The notes beneath the pieces were generated by a model. It searched no databases. It worked only from the letters and a program-made list of their open reading frames with translations, and was not told where the DNA came from. Shown here piece by piece: positions 1 through 9,753 of a stretch of 55,370 nucleotides of DNA. Each line of letters starts with the position of its first letter. The first letter of the stretch is position 1. The DNA is from Rhizaria sp. SCN 62-66 (Eukaryota), in the NCBI GenBank assembly GCA_001724265.1, contig MEDY01000317.1, forward strand, positions 1-55,370, in the 5' to 3' direction. The translations under genes were made by a program, and so were the position numbers.

Positions 1-2750
1 ACACCGCGGCCGCCAGCCCGCCGCCGCCGCCGCCGCCGGGGCTCGCGAGCCCGGGATTGAGGCCGGTACCGGCGCCGGCGCCGGCGCCCGCGCTGCCGAT
101 GGCGTTGGCGTAGCTGGGGCCGTTGCGCGCGGCGACGACGTGGGGCCAGTCGAGCGCGCTGCTGCCGTGGCTGAGCTGCCGGCGCTGGTGCTCAAAGTAC
201 AGCCGCTGCGCGTCGCAGTCGCCCGCCCCCGCCCCCGCGCCGTAGTAGCTCAGCCCGCCCTGGCTCTGACCGAAGCTCTCGCCCTGGCTGTGAAGATGGC
301 CGTCGGCGCCCACAGTGCCGGGCGAGAGCGCGTCGACGTAGTGTCCGTGTCCGAGCCCGAGCCCAAGTCGGTGGGCGTCGGCGGCGCCGGGCGAGAGCGC
401 CAGCCGCGGCGAGCCCATCGGCAGCGGGCCGTCCAGCGACAGCGATGGCGCCGAGTCGTCGCCGTCGCCGCCGGCGGACTGTGCGCCGACCAGCGCCCTG
501 TCGTCGCCAGCCTTGGCACTGGCACTGCTCGCAGCAGCAGTTCCATTCATAGTCGCAGTCGTCGTAGGCGCTGTTGCGGTCAAGGCGGCCTCCCGCCTGT
601 TGCGCTGCCGCTCGAGGCTGAGCCAGGACCCGGCCTCGATGACGGACGCCGAGCCGGGCGCGGCAAAGCCCACCCCGAGCGCGGAGCCCAAGAGAGCGGA
701 GCTCACTAGCGCGGAGCCAGCGGTCGAGTGCAGCCCGGAGCCCGCGAGGAGGGAGCCGGGCACCGAGCCCAGGCTGAAGCCGCGACCGCGGCCGCCGAGG
801 CTCACGCCCTGCCGCAGCTGCGACAGCTGCTGCTGCTGTTGCAGCGGCTGCTGGCGCGACAGCGAGCGGGGACCGAGGGCGCTGGCCCCGGCACTGGCCC
901 CGGCGTTGGCGCCACGGGCGGCGCCCAAGGCCCTCTGCGCACCACCGCTGCTGAGGCCGGCCCACGGCGAGGTCGTTGCGGCTCCAGCGCCAGCGCCAGC
1001 AGCAGCAGCAGCAGTGTTGCGCTGCCCCTGCCCCTGTCCCTGTCCCTGCGACTGAGACTGAGACAGAGGCGGGGCGGGCCGGCCCATCGACAGCGCGAGC
1101 GGCCGCTGCTGAGACTTGCCCTTCCCATCGCCGCCGGGCCTGCTGCCGCCCCGCGCGCGCGAGCCCGCAGCGCCGCCGGCACCGGCGCCGCGAGCATTGT
1201 CCGTCGCAACAGCTGCAGCTGCAGCAGCGGCCGCGGCCGCGGCGGTGGCGGTGGGGACCGCCGCCGAGGGCCGCGGGCGCAGCGGCGAGGCCAGCTCCGC
1301 GCTGTCGTACGCGTCGCTGTCGTACGCGCCGGCAGACGCAGCGGCCGCAGTAGCAGCCGCGGCCGCAGCGACAGCAGTGGCGACGGGAGCAGCGGCGCCG
1401 GGAGGGAGCCCGTCGGCGGGCGCGGGCGCGGGCGAGAGCGAGGGGAAAGACACGGGCGCACAGTCACTATCGTCGTCGTCGTTGCTGCGGGCGTGCGCAG
1501 TCGCGGCCGGCGCGTAGTCGGGCTTGCGGCCGTCGGCGTAGTCGTAGCTCAGGCCCAGCCCCAGCCCAACGCCGAGGCCGGCGCCGTCGCTGTCGTCGTA
1601 GTGTGCGTAGCCGCTGCCGGTGAGCGCGCGCGCCGCGGCGATCGCGCTCATCGCCCCCGCCTCCTCACTAAGCCCGCCCGTCTCGCCGCCGCCGCGGGGG
1701 GCGTGAGTGCGCGCCAGACTGCGGCCCGCAGTCGCGGCCGTAGCGGCGTTGGCTGCTGCTGCTGCGGCGGCGTTAGCTGCTGCAGCGGCGGCTGAGACTG
1801 AAACGCGAGGCGGGCGGTAGGAGCCTAGCGCGCCGCTGACGTCGCTCTCGACCAGGCTGTCGTCGCCGTAGCCGTAGCCCTCGGCGTCGCCGTCGTCGTA
1901 GCTGTACTCGTACTCGTCAAAGTCGTGCTGCGGCCGGTAACTCCCGGCAGCAGCAGCAGCAGCCGCAGCAGCAGGCGTGTTCCGGTTGCCGTGACCAAAG
2001 CGACTAGTCTTGGCCCTCGGAGCAGCAGTGACCACGAGAGCGCCCGCGCCCGCGTCGGCGTCCACAAGCAGCGCGCCTGCGCCCTTGCCGGTCCGCGCCC
2101 GCTGTTGCAACTGCGGCTGCGGCTGTCCGAGCGTGTGCGCGAGCAGCGGGAGCGAGTTGGGCGCGAAGATGAGGCGCAGGCGCAGCGCGCGGAGCAGGTA
2201 GGGCAGCGTGGTGACGGCGTACAGCGCGGAGATGAGCCACAACGTGCACGAGCAGTAAGCGCGCGAGGCGGGCACGTAAGCGTCAAGGAAGAAGAGCCAG
2301 AAGACAAGGGCGACGGAGCCGGCGCCCGCGCAGAGCATAAGCGGTAGCGAGCGTGACTTGAACGGGTGCACATGACGCCTAAGCAGACAAAACAAAGAAA
2401 ACGCGAGTTATTGAAAAAAGAAAACAAAAAAAGTAGTTTTGAGAATTAAAGGTCTACTATGATTTGATGTTATAGCGATTAATGCAGAGTCTGTTGCGCA
2501 ATAGAGAATGATAGGAGACGTACCGATTCCAGGCCATGATAAGCACAGGACACATGTAGACCGTGAGAAGCACGCACCACGCAATGCCGTAGGACCGCGC
2601 TGCCGTCAGCAGCGAGCCCGTCTGCCCACGCAGGTCCTCATAAGTCTCGAACACGAGCGCAAGAAGGATACCTAGCGCGAGTACAAGCGTGCACAACCAG
2701 CCCAACACGTAGCAAAGCACCACCGACAAGGGCGCGGAGGGGCGCCGCAT
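1..2750 (-). CDS. Multi-pass membrane protein resembling the N-terminal helices of 7TM (RGS-7TM/class C-like) receptors, 3' end outside window; exons 2750-2524 and 2378-<1
   Basis: Exon 1 has two hydrophobic stretches. A GTACGT..TAG intron (2523-2379) joins in frame to give AWNR-RHVHPFKSRSLPLML..SVALVFWLFFL..CSCTLWLISALY..PYLLRALRLRLIF. The frame then appears stop-free to the window edge (hence absent from the ORF track) and is low complexity. Confidence 0.7.
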
Positions 2751-3582
2751 ATCGTTTTAGGATCTAACTGCGGCGTAATTTATTTCGTAAAACCAAAGAA
2801 AACGCACGTACAAAGTTCGGTATGCAGGAACTATGTCTCGTGACGACGTATTCCGCGAGTTCAAACAAACTTTCATTCTCCCGTTCCGCGTCTCCGCGCC
2901 TCCTTGCTTGACTGCAGACCTGATGCGGAAGCAGATTTCAAACGATACCCCAATAGATACAATATATTATGGTGCACATGCCTGCGTACCATAAATAACA
3001 CCGCGCTTTTAGATGGTAAAGTACATTTTTATGTGTAATTTGTGAGTTTACATGCATATAAACGGTGAGTGGTCTCCTTGCTCACGGTCTCTTCAAGACT
3101 GCGTAGTAGAAAAGAAGATACACAGCAAAGTGTAAAGCGGCCAAGGACTTATTGAAGCAAAAAAAGAGTTTGAAAACATCCATATCCTAGATGCATGTTA
3201 TGCGCAGTTTTTTTCTGCATTTGAGACGTAGATAAACTCATCTTCGCACATCACTCCTCCCAAAAAGATTTTGTGGTCGGCTGCGGTGGGCAACCGAGCG
3301 CTAAACTTTCATGTCATGATATGCGATAGAATCTTCGTGGAGTTCCGATTGTACACGTTGTAACAACAGAATATAGTGTTTCATTATGGATTCTTTGTGA
3401 AAATCGCCTTTTCTTAACCGTATTGTGTCTCATCCTATCTTTTTCTTACATGTGGTTTCATACACAATCTCTGACCGTATCCTATACAAGATTCGCCTCT
3501 CTCTTGGCCTGTTAATCGATAAAGTGAGATTTTCGTGCGTGAAAACAACGTATATGGTGTTAGATAACACGTTTACTACAAA

Positions 3583-6500
3583 ATGGAAGGCGATCTCAGA
3601 AACATTCACGCCGCACTGGCTCCCATGATGTCATTATCTAAAGTGACAGTCAACGAAGTAATCTAGCTTCAGAACGCTATCCATTGTTGCCATATGATTC
3701 CCGATTGCTTACCAGTTCTAAATGAGACCGGTGCCATAGAAATTCTTTTGCACGGACTTGAAGCTGCTGTTATTGCTGATGTCATGGGGGACGAAGCAGA
3801 AACCCGTGTGGAAGCCTACTTGGATCTCTTTGGGGAGATCGTTGGGTATCAAGTCGACGATTACTACGAGTCCAAGTTTATTCAAGTCGGAATTGACATG
3901 CTCGCCTAGCGCGAGGCGGCTGATATGTTTGCTGCTATAGCGCTTCGCTACGAGGGCGCTGCGTTTCGCTGCCTCTGCCTCACGCGCGCTGTGGCGATGT
4001 CGCGGTCGCTGACGACCGCGGCTCGGCGGCGTGCGATGCGCTGCGTTCTCACGTACATGCGACGGAACTGCGACGAGGAGCAGCAGCTGCACTTGCAGCG
4101 GCAACAGCAACAGCAAGAGGCAGGGGCTGCACCGGACGATGGTAACGATGACGACGACGACGACGACGACGTAAACTCTCAATCCTACAAACGCTTTCTG
4201 TGCCAGGACTTGCTTTGCGGGACTGTGACTTCGTTGTGCTCGCGCTGCGACCCGCCGGTGCCGTACTCCGCCGTCGCCGGGTTTGTTCCGCTGCTCCGCG
4301 CAATCCTGCGGCGCCACTCCAAGGCCGCGGGCTTCGACGCCAACCTGCGCGAGGCCGTCTACGAGGCCCTCGACAGCGTCTTCAACCTGTGCGGAAGCGT
4401 CAACAAGACCGTCATCAACCCGCAGCCCGCAAGCGCAAGCGTGTGTAACGCTGACGCAACGGCGCACCTCCAGGATGGAGCCGCCTTGGACGCTGAGGAC
4501 GCGCTGTGCATGGATGATATCAGGGACTTCGCGCTGAGTCCTGAGTTCAATCACATCTTTCTCGCGATGCAGGACGAGACCACGCTCTGGTCCCACGGCC
4601 CCTACCCGCCGCTAAACCTGCTGTACAAGCTCGCGGCCGTACTTGGCGCCGACACGCTCCGGCGCGTCTTCACGCCCGCGCGGCTCGCCGCGGTGCGCCG
4701 CTTCAGCTCCAGCCCGCACATCGCCCACTGGCCGCTCTGGCAGCAGCTCCTGCCGCTCACAGGGCTGCTGGCGCGGCTCGCAGAGGTGTTTCCGGCGTTT
4801 GCGCAGCGGATTGTCGTTGTCGGCGACCGCGGCCACGACGACAACAACGACGACGACGACGACGACGTTGGCGGTGATTATGGCGATGACCGCCGGGCGC
4901 GTGGGCTACGGTTCGTGCTCGAGCAGACCGCGGCGAGGTTTGAGAGCGTCCGCCTGCGAGACCCCGACATCTCCAACTTCAGCTTCTACAAGAGCTGGAA
5001 CCACGAGCGGATGCGGCTGCAAGACGACGTCGTGCGCCTGCTCGAGCGCGTCCTCTCGCCCGCAGCTGACGCCTCAGCCCAGGACAGCGCCGCAGTCGCT
5101 GCTGCCGGGGGTGCTGCTGCGGCTGACTCTCCCGCCGCCGCCGCAGACCCGCTGGCCGTGCAGCATCTGATCGGCAGCGGCGCTGTGCACTGCTGTGTTG
5201 CGCTGCTGCGGGCCGCCGCCCTGTGGGTCTCTCGCAGCCCTTCCACTGACCGGAGCGGCCGCGGCGACCAGGAGGGCCGGGACGCCGCCGCCGAGCCGGG
5301 CGCGAGGGCCGTGGCGCGGTTGCTGCGCTTGCTGGGGGCGATGCTGCTTGCCAGCTTCCAGGCTGCCGGTGCGAGCGGCGCTGACACCGCCGCCGGCCCG
5401 GACGCGTCTGTCCCTGCTGCCGCTGCCGTCGCGCCCGACGGCGACGGCGACACGACACCTCATAAGCCGCCTCAGAACGCTTTCATCGCGTGCTTTGCAC
5501 GCGCCCGCGGCTCGCAAGCGCTTGACCTGCTGCTCTACGCCGAGTGCACGCAGGCCGACGACAGCCCCGCGCGCGCGGAGCTCGCCCGGCTGTGCGCGCT
5601 GCTTGCGGGCGCGGGCGCGCGGTCCGACGCCAGCGGGCCGGCGGCGGCGCCTGCAACCGACACCGAGAGGGTGCGGCAGACGGTCTCCGACGTGCGCGCG
5701 TTTGCAGAGCCCTACGGCGGCGACTGGCAAACAGCCTTTGACAATTACATCACGTTCTATCTCAGGAACTGCGGCTACCCACCCGCCCAGCCACTCAACA
5801 TCCAACAGGTCATCGCTTACTCCCGCGACTTGAACGGTAGCTGCAGCAACCATAGCAGCAATAACAGTGGCGGCAGCGGTAGCGCGCCTGCGTCGGTCTG
5901 GAGCGCGCCTGCGCCGTCGCCGCCGTCTGCGCTGGCGCTGGCGCTGCTGCAGGCGCGGTCCCGCGAGCGCGTCCACGCGCTCGCGCGCGACCCGGGCGGC
6001 ACCAAGGCGGCCCGCGGGGACGGCGGCGCGGCGCCGCGCCTGCGCCAGTCGATGTGGCTCTACAACACCGTGACACGCGCCCGCGATGTGTCGACGCTAG
6101 TGATCGAGCTCGACGACGCGCGCGTGCCCTCCCACGCAGCACACTTCCGCGCCGCGGCGCGCACGGGCGCGCTGGGCCTTTTCGTGCACCGCTGCTTTGT
6201 TCCCGCCGCCTGCCGGGCCGCGGCAGCGCTGCCCTTTGTGACGCTGTTCCGGCTGGAACGCCTCAATTCGCCCTGTGCAACCGCGCCACTGGCGCTGCCC
6301 GCGGTCGACGTCGTCTACGGCGAGTACGCCGCACCCGCGACCAACGCCGCCGCGAGCACCAACGAGGCGTACCCCGTCGGCACCCTGCTCATGTATCCGC
6401 GCGCCGCCGTGCCCGCGACCGCGAGCGCGGGCGCGAAGCCGGCGCGCGACACGCCCGTATTTATCGTCTTCCGGCCGTGCCCGGTGACGCTGCTGCTGGG

Positions 6501-6696
6501 CGCGGTGCCGGTGGGCCGCGTACGGTCCTGCGTGTCCGGCCACCTCGCCGCGCCGCACGACGCCGGCGACGCGCCCTTTGACGTCACCGTGCTCAAGAGC
6601 TTCGCGGACCGCTGCGCCGCGAAGACGTGCTGCAAGTGCAACTCGAACGAATGGTCGAGTTTCGGGAGTGCGACTGTCATTAAGGATACCGTATGA
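3583..6696 (+). CDS. Divergent ARM-repeat (importin-alpha-like) protein with a degenerate C-terminal cyclophilin-like domain; 1037 aa if two in-frame TAG codons (3664, 3907) are read as sense
   Basis: The 923-aa ORF 3925-6696 is in frame with ORF 3694-3909 and with an ATG in AAAATGG context at 3583, separated only by TAGs. It has Leu-rich helical repeats and shares motifs with the 12524 gene. The C-terminal LVIELDDARVPSHAAHFR..FVHR..GTLLM..FIV..VPVGRV follows the cyclophilin motif order. Confidence 0.7.
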
Positions 6697-7391
6697 AAGG
6701 CCCGCTTTTGAAAAATAATTATATTTTTGTACCAACTGACTTAAAAAAATAAGCTCTAGCTGTATGAATATTAATAAACTTTTTTTTATACCCTCTTACA
6801 CTACCGGTTGTTAAACCCCCAGCCCTCGTGACAGCCACAAGCGGACACGTAGCCGGTCAAATGTGGCCGACCGACAGCAACAATGCCGGCTGCCGGCCTC
6901 TCCTTCGAGTCACGCTTCCCGGCCGCTTTTGGAGCTGATTGCAATGTTGGATGTTTTAGGCGCCTTTTGAAACAACTTGTATCCCAAGTTTAGCTTCCGT
7001 AGTTTTTTTGGCGTATCTATAAGGTGCCCCCGAAGCCGTTCTTTTTCTTCACTTTTTCGTCGCAGTCCTCTCCCTTTGCCTCCCATTGAACCACCCACTT
7101 CTTCGTTCCTGAGGGCAACACATGACCCCAATTTCTCTTGTCCAACACGTATTTCACATTTTCACATTAGAATTCTCACTAAACCACTTTGTTTTACCCC
7201 ACTACATCCACCAAAACCTCTTGCCTGGGCCTCCATCGCACTTTCCCTGCCCCTCGCCCCCGTTGCTGTTGCCCTCGCTTTCGCAACTTTTTTCGCCCCT
7301 CTCTATCGGCTTAACACCCATCACAGACCTTTCTCTTTCTCTCTTTCCCTTCCAGGCAAGAAAGACCGAGTTAGCCCCCCCTTTAGCCCCC

Positions 7392-8786
7392 ATGAAGCTG
7401 CTGCGCTCTGTGATCGTGGCCGCTATGGCGCTCGCCGCGGCGGCGCTGAGCCTGTCCTCCGCCCCCCTGGCCTCGGCCGCCGACCTCCCGCCCGGCTTCA
7501 CGACGCGCGCAAGCGACGAGGTGCTGCTGGACATCCCCGCGCGCAAGATGTGGGGCTGGGACGAGGGCCACGGCTACTGCGGCGAGACGTCGTTCCAGTC
7601 GGCGCTGCTGTACTACGGCAACTACGTGACCCAGGAGAAGGTGCGTTACGCCGACGGCAACAAGGAGCTCCTCATCGGCGTCCATGACGAGAAGGCTGCC
7701 AAGAACCTGCTGCTGACGTACGAGGCGTTCGACTTCGAGGAGGAGGACAACCCGCACGCGACGACCTTCCTGGACTTCGTCATGAAGCACGTGCGCGCTG
7801 GCGCCCCCGTCGTGGCGGGTTGGTTCCTCAAGAAGAACAACGGTGACGAGGACTACGACCACATCATGCCCATCGTCGGCTTTAAGGGCTCCAACAACGG
7901 CTCCAAGCGTTCCCCGCCCACCTCGGCCGCGATCACCTACAACGACCTCTACGTCACCTCGGCGCACTCGGTCGTGGCGGGCTCCGATGCCTTTAAGACG
8001 CGCAAACAGTGCACGACCAAGTCGCCGCGCCAGCCCTACTCGTACTGCCTGCCTGTCGAGGCCAACTACGGCATCGCGTTGACGGGCAATGTGGACCCCG
8101 AGGGCATGCTGTACCGCACCATCCTGCGCGCCGACAAGGTCTCCGAGCCCGACTGGGGCGCCGAGGATGGGCTCGACGAGACGCCCGAGCAGCAGACCTT
8201 CGCGGCCACCGTCTACGGGCTCACCGTGGGCGAGGAGTACTCGCTGCTGCGTTTCGACAGCGTGTCGTCGCTCGAGAACTCGCGCAACTTCCTCCAGCTT
8301 GACTACTCCGACCGCGTCGACTTCACTGCCGCGGCCACCACGCACGAAATCTCTGGCATCCAGCTGCGCTCCGATGGCGAGCATTATTTCCGCACCGTCT
8401 CGGTCAATGGCATCCCGCCGCCCGACTACGCCGCCGACACCGAGGACGGCGAAGCGGACGGCGCCTCTTCTTTTCGCGCCTGGAGTTTGTTCCTTGAGCT
8501 CCCTCTTGGCGCACGCATCGCTATCGGCCTCGCGGTCCTGATCGCCGTCGTCGCCGCCGTTGTCGGCGTCGCCGCCTGCGCCGCGCACAAGGCCTGCTGC
8601 TTCAAGCCCCGCGCCGGCGCAGGCAGCGACAGTGCCAACCCCGAGCCCATCGACCTCGACACGCTCGGCGCGGGCTACGGCTCCGCCGCCGCCGCGCCTG
8701 CCGCCGCGCCCGCGCCCGGCGCTGTCGATGCTGCGCTCGACACTGAGCGCGTCGGCGTCGCCGGCCGCTACTTCCAGGTTGTCTAA
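7392..8786 (+). CDS. Type I membrane protein with signal peptide and papain-like (C39-like) Cys/His domain
   Basis: MKLLRSVIVAAMALAAAALSL signal peptide; WGWDEGHGYCGETSFQSALLYYG (candidate Cys); DEDYDHIMPIVGF (candidate His); TM helix IAIGLAVLIAVVAAVVGVAAC followed by a Cys cluster; strong GC3 codon bias; TAA stop. Confidence 0.75.
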   Translation: MKLLRSVIVAAMALAAAALSLSSAPLASAADLPPGFTTRASDEVLLDIPARKMWGWDEGHGYCGETSFQSALLYYGNYVTQEKVRYADGNKELLIGVHDEKAAKNLLLTYEAFDFEEEDNPHATTFLDFVMKHVRAGAPVVAGWFLKKNNGDEDYDHIMPIVGFKGSNNGSKRSPPTSAAITYNDLYVTSAHSVVAGSDAFKTRKQCTTKSPRQPYSYCLPVEANYGIALTGNVDPEGMLYRTILRADKVSEPDWGAEDGLDETPEQQTFAATVYGLTVGEEYSLLRFDSVSSLENSRNFLQLDYSDRVDFTAAATTHEISGIQLRSDGEHYFRTVSVNGIPPPDYAADTEDGEADGASSFRAWSLFLELPLGARIAIGLAVLIAVVAAVVGVAACAAHKACCFKPRAGAGSDSANPEPIDLDTLGAGYGSAAAAPAAAPAPGAVDAALDTERVGVAGRYFQVV

Positions 8787-9753
8787 GTCAGTTACAAGGC
8801 GCTCTCTCTGTGGTCCGCGGAGTGCGTTATGAGAGATGCTTCGAGTATCGTGGTTACGCCGTGATCAATTCAAACATTAAGTGAGTGCTCTTGCTGTCGG
8901 TGATCTTTTTGTCGTTGGTTTTGTTTTGCGCGTCTTTTAAGCACCGTTAGGACGCAGGCACGGACAAGAACCAACCCGAAACGACACAAACACTTACACT
9001 TAGATCCATCACGTAATCATGAATTTCTTTGCTCTCATCCTTCACTCACGCACTGACGCTGCCATCTCATTGCTGTTGTGCTGCTGCTGTTGTCGTGTTG
9101 CCGCTACTGAGCACAGGCTCGCCGCGACCGCCACACAAACCAGCTCCAGCAACGGCCCATGTTTTATTCTTTGTTTATTCTTTGTTTATGCTTTAATTTT
9201 TCCCCACGATGTTTTATAGATGTAGAGTGAATATTTTCATGTAGTTTTAATGAGTTAGTTCAAGTTTGATTATTTGTGCGTGTCCTCCTGTGTTCGATCC
9301 GTCTTGGTTTACGTTGCTTGTTTCACTCCAGCACACACAGCGTAAGCAAAAGTCCAACACATGAGCACGCGCACAGGCGACTGCAGCCTCGTGCTGTGCG
9401 TGCGACGCGGTGGGGTGCGGTGTTGTCCGCAGCACACACGCGTCAAGTCGCGCTAACATACGCCGCTGATCTTCGACTGATGACGATGATCACGAAATAA
9501 CAGCAGTCGCAGAGATATAACGCAACGTAAATACATCACCCATGATTTACTTGCTCTTAACACGTAACATAACACAGTAAAACAGTTAATACAATGTATT
9601 CATAATCAGTAGAAAGATTCAATAACTTAAAGTGACACTCAGCCCCGAACTATGCGTCAAAGGCATGATAATGGCCTGCCTGTCAGTCAGTTAGCCGGTC
9701 GGTCGGCTGATTACGTTTCTCACGCTCTCTCTCGCACCACCGCGTCCCTCCGC

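Noticed and set aside
140-2427. Many plus-strand ORFs and minus ORFs 192-965, 802-1467 and 1825-2427
   Set aside because: Shadow ORFs of GC-rich DNA; the splice-compatible, membrane-protein-like frame is a different minus frame open to the window edge.
3583-6696. Pseudogene interpretation of the ARM gene
   Set aside because: No frameshifts, 923 further intact codons, both interruptions are TAG, and the same pattern occurs in RTN4IP1. Disfavoured but not formally excluded.
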